A stretch of 64,000 nt of DNA from a virus: IMG/VR virus record IMGVR_UViG_3300023110_001943, positions 1 to 64,000 of that record. One strand, written 5' to 3'. The stretch's first letter is position 1; each line of letters starts with the position of its first letter. The translations under genes and the position numbers were made by a program. The notes below the pieces were generated by a model that was not told the origin of the DNA, did no database searches, and was given only the letters and a program-made list of their open reading frames with translations. Positions 1-9,893 of this stretch are shown one piece after another.

Positions 1-155
1 GAGATGGTTTTAGACAATCAATGTTTGATTTTTTTGATGACCAAGTTCAAAGAGGATGGAAACTGATTAATGAACCCACTTTAATGTAGGTTTTTGTAAT
101 CAGTATATATTTATAAACAGTACCAATTAAGGTACACAAAAACAAAAATTAAATT

Positions 156-551
156 ATGAAAACTATTTTAGTTATTTTAGGAATTGGAGTTATCGCCGCT
201 GGTGTAATCTATTTTCTAATCAAAAAGGGAAAAATCAAAGATTCTGATGGTGATTTTATTCCAGACGTAGTCGAAGATAAAGTAGACGAAGTTAAAGGAA
301 AAGTTCAGAAAAAAGTAAAAGCAGTTAAAACAAGAGTTAAAAATGTCAAAGATGAAATCGAAGATGTAGTTGATGAAATCGAAGATGTTTTTCAAGCAAT
401 CAAAGGTAAAGTTACTAAATCAAAACTAAACTCGATGACAAAAGACCAATTAGTAAATGCTGCTAAACAAGACCATGGTGTTGAATTAGATGGGTCTGTA
501 AAAAAATCAACATTAGTAAATAAAGTTTACTCACTTTACAATAAAAAATAA
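156..551 (+). CDS. Membrane-anchored protein with coiled coil and C-terminal Rho_N/HeH-like helical domain
   Basis: N-terminal hydrophobic helix, DSDGDFIPD Ca-loop-like motif, C-terminal LNSMTKDQLV...KKSTLV pattern. Confidence 0.5.
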   Translation: MKTILVILGIGVIAAGVIYFLIKKGKIKDSDGDFIPDVVEDKVDEVKGKVQKKVKAVKTRVKNVKDEIEDVVDEIEDVFQAIKGKVTKSKLNSMTKDQLVNAAKQDHGVELDGSVKKSTLVNKVYSLYNKK

Positions 552-560
552 GGAGTTAAA

Positions 561-1382
561 TTGGATTTAAAATCTTTACTTACCGAAGCAATAGTTGTCG
601 ATTCAATGTATGATATCGAAGATGAACTATTGAACATAAAAGAAACTATTATCGAACAGATGATTATTGAGGGTGTTGATGACCCTGGTATACTCAAATG
701 TGTTTTCATGGCAGGTGGACCTGGTTCAGGTAAATCATTCACCGCCATGGAAATCTTCGGTATTGATAAGAAACTTAAATCTTCTTTCTCTACGTTTGGT
801 TTAAAATCAGTAAATTCAGATTCAGCATTTGAAGCAGGATTGAAAAAACATGGTATTAATCCAAAAGATTTGGCAAGAATCGAAAAAGAAGAACCAGAAC
901 TTTGGGATAAAATTACAAAAACTCCTGGTGGTATCAGAGATAAAGCAAAACAACTTACTAAGAAACAGAAATCATTTTATGAAGCAGGTAGGTTGGGTAT
1001 GATTATCGATGGTACTGGTCATGAGTATGGTAAGATTGCGAAGAATAAGAAATACGCTGAATCATTGGGTTACGATACTTACATGGTATTCGTAAACACA
1101 TCTTTAGAAGTTGCAAAGGAGAGAAACCAAGCAAGAGATAGAGTATTACCTGATGATTTATTAGAAAAATCATGGAGTGATGTTCAGAACAATTTAGGTA
1201 AATTCCAAAATCTATTTGGAGGTAACTTTAGAATTGTAGATAATACAGTTTATAGACCTATCTCAAAAGAAGTTCAAAAGGCGGTAAATACATTTGTTAG
1301 AAAACCTGTTTATAATAAGATAGGACAAAAATGGATTGAAACCGCAAGAGCTCTAAAGAAAAATAACCTCATTAAAAAATAA
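561..1382 (+). CDS. P-loop kinase, zeta-toxin/AAA_33-like
   Basis: GGPGSGKS Walker A, IIDGTG, RNQAR lid motif; TTG start preceded by AAGGAG. Confidence 0.7.
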   Translation: MDLKSLLTEAIVVDSMYDIEDELLNIKETIIEQMIIEGVDDPGILKCVFMAGGPGSGKSFTAMEIFGIDKKLKSSFSTFGLKSVNSDSAFEAGLKKHGINPKDLARIEKEEPELWDKITKTPGGIRDKAKQLTKKQKSFYEAGRLGMIIDGTGHEYGKIAKNKKYAESLGYDTYMVFVNTSLEVAKERNQARDRVLPDDLLEKSWSDVQNNLGKFQNLFGGNFRIVDNTVYRPISKEVQKAVNTFVRKPVYNKIGQKWIETARALKKNNLIKK

Positions 1383-1403
1383 GGTAAATAAAAAATAAAT
1401 AAA

Positions 1404-2609
1404 GTGGTTACACTCTTCGTAAAAGAAATAAGATTATTCTTATTTGTGTTTCGTTTAGCATACCCTTATATCAATTGGGTAAAATATGTTGATTTTAATC
1501 ACATAATGCAACGAGCATCATTTAAATTTAAGTACAAATCTCAAGAATACAAAGTAGAATTCTTACAACCAACAGGTAATGAAATAGGACCTGATGATAA
1601 ATTTGTTGTTTGTGATAATGATGCAATGTGTTTTCCAACTGAAAATTTCAATGATATTAAACGATTTAAAAAATCAAATGTATTTTCTTTGTATATTGAA
1701 GGTGAGGCGTATCATATAAATGAAAATATAGATGCTTATTTAAAGAATGGTTATCAAATGATAACATCATTTTTACCTTCTAAACTATTTCCAGATAAAA
1801 AAGATAAGAAAAGATTTAATGATAAAGAAAATGTTTTAAATTCTTATTTTTCAGGTATTGTAGGATTTACAAGTAGACAAGACTTTTTTCTAAATCAATA
1901 CATAGGAGAACAACAAATTATACCTTTAGGAGAAACCTCTGATATTTGTTTCTATTCAAGATTGGGTTATAAGGAATGGCGAGATGTGTGCACTTTAGAA
2001 TTTAGGGATATACTAAAAAATAGTGAACTTAGTATAAATGAAATAAATTCTTTTAGAGAATTAAATGATGATGAAGAAATTAACAATCCATCAAAAGATG
2101 AGTTAGATTCTTATTACATAAATCAGTTAATAGAAGCTAAATCTTTTTTACATTATTTGTATTTCTTTGATATGTTTGATTCTAAATTACATTTGGTATA
2201 TGAAACATCACTCGAAGAACCTTTTATTTTTACAACTGAAAAAATATATAAAGAACTTGTATTTGGTTTTCCTTTTTATTGTGTTCAACCAACAACAACT
2301 CGTGATTATCTAAAAGAACTTGGATTTTATTCTTTTGACATGGATGACTGGGGCTCATTCTACAATCATTCACAAATTGATTTTCAAAAAAAATTAGATA
2401 AAGAATTTCATTTGAACATACCACATACAGAAGAAATCAATAGGTTTTTAAATTTTATAAATCATATTTCAAAAATGAATAAATCTGAATTCAAAGATTT
2501 CATATTAAAGTACAAACCTAAATTTGATAATAACAGAAAAATTTGGAATAGCTACATAACCGAAGAAAGTAAACCAAGAGAAGAAATTTTAGATTTTATA
2601 TTAAAATGA
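1404..2609 (+). CDS. TEK-motif protein (GT10/GT-B glycosyltransferase-like C-terminal domain)
   Basis: VYET...FTTEKIYK...FPF...LKELGF; true start probably the ATG near 1506. Confidence 0.5.
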   Translation: MVTLFVKEIRLFLFVFRLAYPYINWVKYVDFNHIMQRASFKFKYKSQEYKVEFLQPTGNEIGPDDKFVVCDNDAMCFPTENFNDIKRFKKSNVFSLYIEGEAYHINENIDAYLKNGYQMITSFLPSKLFPDKKDKKRFNDKENVLNSYFSGIVGFTSRQDFFLNQYIGEQQIIPLGETSDICFYSRLGYKEWRDVCTLEFRDILKNSELSINEINSFRELNDDEEINNPSKDELDSYYINQLIEAKSFLHYLYFFDMFDSKLHLVYETSLEEPFIFTTEKIYKELVFGFPFYCVQPTTTRDYLKELGFYSFDMDDWGSFYNHSQIDFQKKLDKEFHLNIPHTEEINRFLNFINHISKMNKSEFKDFILKYKPKFDNNRKIWNSYITEESKPREEILDFILK

Positions 2610-3427
2610 AAGGTATAGTATTTGCAGGATGTTCGTTTACTTGGGGTGAGGGATTAGAACTCTATTCTAATTACTCAAGTATTAACATAAATTCAATTAA
2701 AAGATACTCATATAATTTTCCTGATTTGGGTTATTTTATGCCTAACTCACATTTAAAATTTATAGAATCAAATAGATTTAGTAGATTGGTATCGCATCAT
2801 TTTGGTACTTTTGATTTGGTTACAGAAAAAAATGGTGGAAATCATTCTACGATGTTAACTCATATAAAAAAATCATTATTAGATTATGGTGATGATATTG
2901 GATTGATAGTTGTACAATTAACAGAATACCTTAGAGGATTAAAAGTGCATGATAATTGTAATGATGAATGTTGTTCAAAAGATTTGGTAAGAATGGTAGA
3001 AGATTATTATGCATTTAAAAGTGGAGATAAGGATGAAGATAAAAAATACTATCACGATATCATAGAAAAAAATATAGAAGAAGAGCCTGATTATTTTTTA
3101 AAATCACTTGGAAAATCAGAACTTAATAAATTCATAAAAAATTTAGAAGAAATTAACAATGAAACTAAAATTCCAATAAAATTTATAGGTTCATGGTTGG
3201 AATCTAACTTACCAATTGAGAATGATTTTTATGATAATAACTTAATAACAATAAACTATAAAGATAAAGAATATAAAACAATAGCAGATTTATTATCTGA
3301 CCATAATAGCGAATTAATAATTGCAAATGAATTAGAATGGTCAAATAATTGGCACCCAAATTTAAAATTTCAAAAAGTAATAGCAAAAAATATTATAAAT
3401 TATATAGAAAAAAATAACCTTTTGTAA
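2606..3427 (+). CDS. SGNH/GDSL-like esterase or acyltransferase
   Basis: GCSFTWGEG block I, GGN block II, C-terminal WHPN. Confidence 0.7.
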   Translation: MKGIVFAGCSFTWGEGLELYSNYSSININSIKRYSYNFPDLGYFMPNSHLKFIESNRFSRLVSHHFGTFDLVTEKNGGNHSTMLTHIKKSLLDYGDDIGLIVVQLTEYLRGLKVHDNCNDECCSKDLVRMVEDYYAFKSGDKDEDKKYYHDIIEKNIEEEPDYFLKSLGKSELNKFIKNLEEINNETKIPIKFIGSWLESNLPIENDFYDNNLITINYKDKEYKTIADLLSDHNSELIIANELEWSNNWHPNLKFQKVIAKNIINYIEKNNLL

Positions 3428-3501
3428 TTTTTATTATATTTAATCACATATAAAACAGAATAATATTCGTTTTTTATATTTAAAAACATATAGTAAAATA
3501 A

Positions 3502-3663
3502 ATGGCAAACTTATCTGAAGAAATAGGAAGAATTTGTAATATTTTAGAAGATGCAATCGAAGAACAGGATTGGAATCTTGTAAAAAAAATGACAGAAGAA
3601 CTCGATGGTATCTATGAAAGATTAGATAGACAAGAAAGTGGGTTCGGATATGATTACGAATAA
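3502..3663 (+). CDS. Small acidic helical protein (53 aa), not in ORF track
   Basis: ATG 3502 to TAA 3663, MANLSEEIGRICNILEDAIEEQDW..., fills the intergenic gap. Confidence 0.6.
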   Translation: MANLSEEIGRICNILEDAIEEQDWNLVKKMTEELDGIYERLDRQESGFGYDYE

Positions 3664-4060
3664 AACAAAAAATATGATTATACCAATAGATGTAAAACCC
3701 CCAAAAAGAGTAGAAAAACTATGGGGCCATGAACTTTGGATTCATAATGATGAAGATTATTGTGGAAAGTTATTAGTGTTTCCAAAAGAAGGTTCACATT
3801 TTTCTATGCATTATCATCTTAAGAAAAAAGAAACTTGGTATGTACAATCGGGTTCATTTCAATTCAATTGGATTGATGTAGAAAATGGACAACACGATAG
3901 TAGAATCATTAAGGTAGGAGATTCAGTATTAATTAATAGAGGATTACCTCATCAACTTATAGCATTAGAAGATAACTCAACAATATTTGAGGTATCAACA
4001 GAACACTTTGATGAGGATTCATATAGAATATACAGAAACACACCCAATGATTTACTATGA
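3638..4060 (+). CDS. Cupin, sugar isomerase-like (mannose-6-P isomerase type)
   Basis: EKLWGHE...YCGKLL...SMHYH..K.ETWYV...PHQL cupin motifs; likely start ATG 3674. Confidence 0.75.
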   Translation: MGSDMITNKTKNMIIPIDVKPPKRVEKLWGHELWIHNDEDYCGKLLVFPKEGSHFSMHYHLKKKETWYVQSGSFQFNWIDVENGQHDSRIIKVGDSVLINRGLPHQLIALEDNSTIFEVSTEHFDEDSYRIYRNTPNDLL

Positions 4061-4800
4061 ATAAAAATTTACTAATTACATTTGGATGTTCAATGACTGA
4101 GGGATATGGTCTTTATTTAGATGATATGCCATTGGAAAAACCGTGGTTACATTTAGATAATTTTCATGAAAAAGGATGGCCTAACAAACTTGCAAAAAAA
4201 TTAAAATTTGATAAATGTTTAAATTTTGGTGTAGCAGGTGCAGGAATCTCTCATCAATGTTCTTTATTTTTAGATTCAATTAGTATTTTAGAAAAACAAT
4301 ATAAAGGTTGGGATATACATATAATATTCCAAACTGCTGCATCTTGTAGAATATCTACATATAGAAATGGTGAACTTTGTCAAATAGGAAAGGGTTTTGG
4401 TGATAACGAATGGATGAATTTGTATTCAGAAATTCAATTAAGTTCAGATTTACCTATGACAGATGAACTTTTATATCATAGACCTTATATTGAATCATTT
4501 ATATCAATATGTAAATTAAAAAACATTAAATATGCTTTATTTGGATTTGACGAATTAGAATACGAATTATTAAAAAAAATAGTATCGGATAATTCTAATT
4601 TTTTAGAAGTTTATAATATAAAACAAGAAGAACAGTCAATAGATGGTGGTCATCCAAATGAGATTGGACACCAAAATATATCGAATCATATATTTGATAA
4701 ACTTCCAAACTCATGGAAAAACGGAACATCCGAAACCTTTGAATGGAGTTATATTGGAGAGTCAATGAAATTAAAACATAATTATGACAAAATTCACTAA
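4057..4800 (+). CDS. SGNH/GDSL-like protein
   Basis: GCSMTEG, NFGVAGAG, DGGHPN. Confidence 0.7.
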   Translation: MNKNLLITFGCSMTEGYGLYLDDMPLEKPWLHLDNFHEKGWPNKLAKKLKFDKCLNFGVAGAGISHQCSLFLDSISILEKQYKGWDIHIIFQTAASCRISTYRNGELCQIGKGFGDNEWMNLYSEIQLSSDLPMTDELLYHRPYIESFISICKLKNIKYALFGFDELEYELLKKIVSDNSNFLEVYNIKQEEQSIDGGHPNEIGHQNISNHIFDKLPNSWKNGTSETFEWSYIGESMKLKHNYDKIH

Positions 4801-4924
4801 AACATTTCCAAAATCCTACAACAACAAGGTAATGATTCAATCAATGGAAGAGCAAGGATGGAAGCTCAAATCTGTTGAAAGAGGACAACCTATAATGGAA
4901 ATGATTATCCCAAAAATTTCTTAA
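4784..4924 (+). CDS. Small hypothetical protein (46 aa)
   Basis: Open frame MTKFTKTFPKSY... ending just before a promoter. Confidence 0.4.
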   Translation: MTKFTKTFPKSYNNKVMIQSMEEQGWKLKSVERGQPIMEMIIPKIS

Positions 4925-4940
4925 AAATAATTCACTTTTT

Positions 4941-4985
4941 GCTTGGATTTCTCGTTTATTTTTCGTATATTTACTATGTAAATGA
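4941..4985 (+). promoter_or_regulatory. Bacteroidota sigma70-type early promoter
   Basis: GCTTGG...TTTCGTATATTTACTATGTAAATGA. Confidence 0.8.
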
Positions 4986-4995
4986 TTGATAAGTT

Positions 4996-5211
4996 ATGAT
5001 AGTAAAAAAACAAAAAACAAACGGAATTGAAATCGATTTGACTGGACCACAAGGTAATGCGTATTTCTTGTTAGGAACAGCTAAAAAACTTGCTAACCAA
5101 CTTGGTTTGGATGGTAAACAAATTACCAAAGAAATGATGAATGGTGATTATGAAAACCTACTGCAAGTATTTGATAACAATTTCGGTTCAATAGTAACTT
5201 TATACAGATAA
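4996..5211 (+). CDS. Small conserved phage hypothetical protein
   Basis: IDLTGPQGNAYFLLG motif, directly downstream of a promoter. Confidence 0.7.
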   Translation: MIVKKQKTNGIEIDLTGPQGNAYFLLGTAKKLANQLGLDGKQITKEMMNGDYENLLQVFDNNFGSIVTLYR

Positions 5212-5335
5212 TATGAGTAAATCAATATACCAAATAACGCACAAAGATACTTTAGTAAGATATTTAATGAGTAGAGATAGAGAAATCAAAAAACTCAAAA
5301 AAGAAATAGAAACCTTAAAAAATAATTGATAAAAA

Positions 5336-5380
5336 GCTTGTATATATGAAATATTTTTCGTATATTTACAATGTAAATGA
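5336..5380 (+). promoter_or_regulatory. Early promoter for the vWA gene
   Basis: GCTTG...TTTTCGTATATTTACAATGTAAATGA. Confidence 0.8.
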
Positions 5381-5395
5381 TTAAAACTTTAAAAC

Positions 5396-7504
5396 ATGAG
5401 TAAATACAATAATTCTTCTTACTGGCTTCAAGATTGGGATGATGATGATATCGTAATCGATACGATGACAGATGTAGAGAAAAAATCCCATGACCTCTAC
5501 AAACTTGCTTCTTCTAAGAGAGCAATTTCTAACTTCGTAAACATTGTAACCAATGATTCTATCCCTGTGATATTCAATACGAGGGGTAATTCTTATACTG
5601 ATGGTAAATCGGTAGTTATTGGAGCAAATATTGTTGAACCAAAAGATTTTGATATTTCAGTTGGACTGGCTCTTCACGAAGGTTCACATATCAAACTTTC
5701 CGATTTTAGATTACTTCAAGATATTTACAACTTGATTCCTACTCATATTACTGAGGGGGCTATCAAAAAAGGTATTAACAATCCAACATCGATTATTAAG
5801 GATATTTGGAATGTTGTTGAAGATAGGAGAATTGATAGATATGTATTTGATTCCGCTCCTGGTTATAGAGATTATTACAGAGCCATGTACGATAAGTACT
5901 TCAATGATAAGTTAATTGATAAGGCACTTCTTTCGGATGAATATACTGAAGAGACTGTTGATTCTTATATGTTCAGAATCGTCAACCTTCACAATAAAAA
6001 TACTGACCTTTCTGTGTTGAAAGGATTGAGAGAAATTTACAAAGTAATTGGTTTGGGTACTATTTCAAGATTAAAAACAACTCAAGATACATTTGATGTT
6101 GCTTTGAAAGTTTTCCAAATCATTCTCCAATCACTACCTTCTTTATCAGATGGTGAGGGTGCTGGGTCTGGTAATGGTGACCAGAACGAAGATAACCAAC
6201 CTCAGAATTCTGAAGGCAATGGTGGTGGTTCTGATAGTGGAACTATGAGTGATGAGGAATTTGAAGATTTCTCAAATAATATTCTTAACGGCCAATCACC
6301 AATGGGTGGTGGTGATGAGAATCCAACTGGTGGTAATGGAATGAATATTGAAAACCTACCAGATAATATGGATGGTGGTTCACCAAGTTCATCTGATTCA
6401 AAAGAAACTGATAAAGTTCAACTTACTGATAGACAAAAAGAACTTCTTTCAAAAAAGATTGAAAAACAAAAAAAGTTCATGGATGGTGATATCAGAAAGA
6501 AAACTGTTTCTAAGAAAGACCAACAAAATGTAGAAGCTCTTAATGAGAGTGGCTCTGAGATGAGAGCAGTTGGTCAAAATATTGATAATGGTTGGGGTAA
6601 TGTTCAAAAAGGTATTGAATGTATTGTAGTTAAGAAACTTACTAAAAACCTTTTCGAATCAGAAATGTTCCCAATGACTCATAATAACTATTGGATGAGT
6701 AAAAGTGATTCAAGTCCTGTTAGAATGTACCACCAAGAATCTGTTGATAAAGGTATTAAACTTGGAACTATGTTAGGTAAAAAACTTCAAGTTAGAGGTG
6801 AAGATAGAAGTACTGTTTTCAACAGACAGAAGATTGGTAAAATCGATAAGAGAATGATTTCTTCTTTAGGATTTGGTAACGAAAATGTTTTCCAATTTAC
6901 TGAGTTAGATTCTTACAAAAAAGCTAACCTACATATTTCAGTAGATGCTAGTGGTTCTATGAATGGTTCTAAGTGGGAACAAACAATGACTAATGTGGTT
7001 GCTCTTTGTAAGGCAGTTGATATGATTCAAAACCTTACAATCCAAGTTTCATTCAGAGGTTGTTCTCAAGGTAAACCTTATATTGTGATGGCTTATGATT
7101 CAAGAACCGAAAAGTTTTCTAAAGTAAAACAAATGTTTGGTGGATTGAATACTTTTGGTACAACACCTGAAGGATTATGTTTCGAGGCTATTATGAAAGA
7201 ATTTTTACCTGTAAACAATGATATGGATTCTTACTTCTTAAATCTTTCAGATGGTGAACCTTACTTTAGTGGACATGGTTTCTACTACTCTGGTCAAACT
7301 GCTGTAAACCACACAAGAAAAATGGTTAAGATGATTGAAAGTATGGGAATCAAAACATTATCTTACTTTATCTCAGATAGTTACTATGGTGATACTACCA
7401 TGAAACAATTTAAAGATATGTATGGTAAAGGTGCTTCGATGATTGATGTTACAAATGTTAATCAAATCACCAAAACAATGAACAAATTATTTTTACAAAA
7501 ATAA
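5396..7504 (+). CDS. vWA (MIDAS) domain protein with N-terminal HExxH metallopeptidase-like domain, CobT-like
   Basis: HEGSH and EDRRI in N-terminus, acidic G/N-rich linker, VDASGSM MIDAS, GTTPEG, LSDGEP. Confidence 0.85.
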   Translation: MSKYNNSSYWLQDWDDDDIVIDTMTDVEKKSHDLYKLASSKRAISNFVNIVTNDSIPVIFNTRGNSYTDGKSVVIGANIVEPKDFDISVGLALHEGSHIKLSDFRLLQDIYNLIPTHITEGAIKKGINNPTSIIKDIWNVVEDRRIDRYVFDSAPGYRDYYRAMYDKYFNDKLIDKALLSDEYTEETVDSYMFRIVNLHNKNTDLSVLKGLREIYKVIGLGTISRLKTTQDTFDVALKVFQIILQSLPSLSDGEGAGSGNGDQNEDNQPQNSEGNGGGSDSGTMSDEEFEDFSNNILNGQSPMGGGDENPTGGNGMNIENLPDNMDGGSPSSSDSKETDKVQLTDRQKELLSKKIEKQKKFMDGDIRKKTVSKKDQQNVEALNESGSEMRAVGQNIDNGWGNVQKGIECIVVKKLTKNLFESEMFPMTHNNYWMSKSDSSPVRMYHQESVDKGIKLGTMLGKKLQVRGEDRSTVFNRQKIGKIDKRMISSLGFGNENVFQFTELDSYKKANLHISVDASGSMNGSKWEQTMTNVVALCKAVDMIQNLTIQVSFRGCSQGKPYIVMAYDSRTEKFSKVKQMFGGLNTFGTTPEGLCFEAIMKEFLPVNNDMDSYFLNLSDGEPYFSGHGFYYSGQTAVNHTRKMVKMIESMGIKTLSYFISDSYYGDTTMKQFKDMYGKGASMIDVTNVNQITKTMNKLFLQK

Positions 7505-7514
7505 ATGAAAAAAA

Positions 7515-7560
7515 GCTTGTGTATATGAAAAATATTTCGTATATTTACATAGTAAATGAG
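7515..7560 (+). promoter_or_regulatory. Early promoter for the AAA+ ATPase gene
   Basis: GCTTG...TTTCGTATATTTACATAGTAAATGAG. Confidence 0.8.
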
Positions 7561-7592
7561 ATAATAATTAATAAACCTTAAAACAGAAAATT

Positions 7593-8807
7593 ATGACAGA
7601 TTTTAAAACTGGTTACGTTCCGAATGAAGTTTACAAAGTAGAAACCTTTGGTAATACATTCAAATTAATCGATACTCAAGGTAACAAAGTTGGTACTTTG
7701 GGTGCAACCACTTCCACAAGGAAGGGTGCTTATAATGAGGGTAAAGCCCTCCAAGCCTATATCAATAAGAATGGTAAGAAAACATTCAGAAAAGTTGATA
7801 TGGATGTTTACAATTCGTTGGTAATTCCAATGAATACTGATAATGGTGGTGTTCAGTTCGAAGATAATACTGACCACACTGCAATTAAAGATTTTATTCA
7901 CAAAGGTTCTGTTAATCTAAAACCAACTGAATTGGTGATGACCGAATTGAAGTGGAAATATCTAATCAGGTCAGCTGTTAGAGCTAAGAATATCATGATG
8001 ACCGGTCCGGCTGGTTGTGGTAAAACAATGGCCGCCAAAGCGTTGGTGAAGGCTCTTGATAGACCAGATTTCTACTTTAACTTGGGTGCTACTCAAGACC
8101 CAAGAGCTACTCTGATTGGTAATACTCACTTTGATAAAAACAAAGGCACGTTCTTCTCAGAATCTGCTTTTGTGAAGGCAATCAAAACTCCAAATGCTGT
8201 AATTCTAATGGATGAGTTATCAAGAGCTCACCCTGATGCGTGGAATATCTTAATGACTGTTCTCGATGGTGGACAAAGATACCTCAGATTAGATGAGGCT
8301 GAGGGTTCTCCAATTGTGAAAGTTGCTGATGGTGTAACATTCATCGCAACCGCTAACATTGGTAATGAATATACTTCAACAAGAGTAATGGATAGGGCAA
8401 TCCTCGATAGATTCGTTACTATTGAAATGGATGTTCTAACCGATGACCAAGAATTTGGATTACTAAAATATATGTTTCCAGAAGTAAACGAAGATGACCT
8501 CAAGGCAGTTGCTGAGATTGCTCACCACACAAGAACTCAGGCTATGAGTGATAGTGGTAAGGTTACTTCAATGGTATCCACAAGAGCATCTGTTGAGATG
8601 GCTGGGTTACTTTACGATGGTTTCGATTTGTTCGAATCGGCTGAAATTTCAATCTTTCCATTCTTCTCACAAGATGGTGGTGTTGATTCCGAAAGAACTT
8701 ATATTAAACAACTCGTTCAAAAGTATGTGAAGGACGAGAACGGTGAGGACCTCTTCAATGAGGTAGACCAAGAAAAAAATTCGGAAGATGATATTCCGAT
8801 GTTTTAA
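7593..8807 (+). CDS. MoxR/CobS-family AAA+ ATPase
   Basis: GPAGCGKT Walker A, ILMDELSR Walker B, ATAN sensor, DRAILDRF Arg finger, STRA. Confidence 0.9.
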   Translation: MTDFKTGYVPNEVYKVETFGNTFKLIDTQGNKVGTLGATTSTRKGAYNEGKALQAYINKNGKKTFRKVDMDVYNSLVIPMNTDNGGVQFEDNTDHTAIKDFIHKGSVNLKPTELVMTELKWKYLIRSAVRAKNIMMTGPAGCGKTMAAKALVKALDRPDFYFNLGATQDPRATLIGNTHFDKNKGTFFSESAFVKAIKTPNAVILMDELSRAHPDAWNILMTVLDGGQRYLRLDEAEGSPIVKVADGVTFIATANIGNEYTSTRVMDRAILDRFVTIEMDVLTDDQEFGLLKYMFPEVNEDDLKAVAEIAHHTRTQAMSDSGKVTSMVSTRASVEMAGLLYDGFDLFESAEISIFPFFSQDGGVDSERTYIKQLVQKYVKDENGEDLFNEVDQEKNSEDDIPMF

Positions 8808-8830
8808 GGTTAATCATTTACACTAAACGA

Positions 8831-8855
8831 AGGGGGCTACGGCCCCCTAAGTTTT
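8831..8855 (+). terminator. Intrinsic terminator
   Basis: AGGGGGC-TACG-GCCCCCT stem followed by AAGTTTT. Confidence 0.7.
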
Positions 8856-8868
8856 AATTAGAAAATTA

Positions 8869-9591
8869 ATGGATTTAGCTATATTAGTAGATATAATAAA
8901 AGAAACAAAATCAAATTGGAGATTTATATTTGAATCACCACTATATGATGAAATAAAATTCACACCAGGTCAATTGGTTCAATTGGTAGCAAAACCATAT
9001 GGACCATCTGAAGGAGTAGATTCTATACAAAGAAATTACTCAGTTGCATCTTGGCCAAATGGAAGTAATAAATTTGAACTTATTATCACTTATCTAAAGG
9101 GTGGTAAAATGAGTGAGTATTTGTTTAACGAAGCAAAAATTGGTGATGAATTTGCATACAAAGGACCAATGGGAATATTCACATTACCAGAAAAACTAAC
9201 AGATAGAGATATATTCTTTGTAGCAACTGGTTCTGGTGTATCTCCTTTTCGTTCTATGTTAGGATACATAGCAGAACATAATATTCCAACCAAAAATATA
9301 AAGTTATTTTTTGGAACTCGAACTAAAGAAGATATTCCTTACTTTGAGGAAATGAAAAAATACGAAGAGATTATTCCTAATTTTGAATTCGTACCTTGTT
9401 TATCTCGTGAAAAATGGGAAGGGTTTAATGGATATGTTCATGGAGCATACCTACCAGAACTTACAATCTTAGATGAGAAACCACTTGTATATTTTTGTGG
9501 TTGGGATAAGATGATTTCAGAAGGTAGAGATTATCTTAACGATTTAGGATTTGAAATGATGAAAGATATCAGAGTAGAAATATTTGGATAA
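8869..9591 (+). CDS. FAD/NAD(P)-binding ferredoxin reductase-type oxidoreductase
   Basis: RNYSVAS, GKMS, GPMG, ATGSGVSP, FCG motifs. Confidence 0.85.
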   Translation: MDLAILVDIIKETKSNWRFIFESPLYDEIKFTPGQLVQLVAKPYGPSEGVDSIQRNYSVASWPNGSNKFELIITYLKGGKMSEYLFNEAKIGDEFAYKGPMGIFTLPEKLTDRDIFFVATGSGVSPFRSMLGYIAEHNIPTKNIKLFFGTRTKEDIPYFEEMKKYEEIIPNFEFVPCLSREKWEGFNGYVHGAYLPELTILDEKPLVYFCGWDKMISEGRDYLNDLGFEMMKDIRVEIFG

Positions 9592-9612
9592 TTCAAAAAA
9601 ATTTTGTATATT
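9583..9612 (+). promoter_or_regulatory. Degenerate early promoter
   Basis: TTTGG...TTTTGTATATTAG. Confidence 0.5.
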
Positions 9613-9632
9613 AGAAATATAAATTTTAAAAT

Positions 9633-9893
9633 ATGAGTGATAGAGAAATTATGAATGCAAAACAAGGTGTACCAATGTGGTGGAAACCAGGTATCGCCTT
9701 CTTAAGAGAAGATTGGATAAATCATAGAGATTTAAAACACTTCTCAAACAAAAAATGTACAGATAGAAAATGTACTTGTGATAACCCCAAGTTAGTTAAT
9801 CTATGGGAACATGACTCTTGTGTAAGAGGCAGAATTGATACAGATATTTGTGTTAAATGTAATGAAGTAAATTCTTTTAGTATTATAAGATGA
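9633..9893 (+). CDS. Cys-rich hypothetical protein
   Basis: ORF downstream of promoter, CxC and CxxC motifs. Confidence 0.55.
   Translation: MSDREIMNAKQGVPMWWKPGIAFLREDWINHRDLKHFSNKKCTDRKCTCDNPKLVNLWEHDSCVRGRIDTDICVKCNEVNSFSIIR

Noticed and set aside
6150-6420. G/N/S-rich low-complexity stretch in the vWA gene
   Set aside because: Ordinary disordered linker typical of CobT-like vWA proteins, not a DNA repeat.
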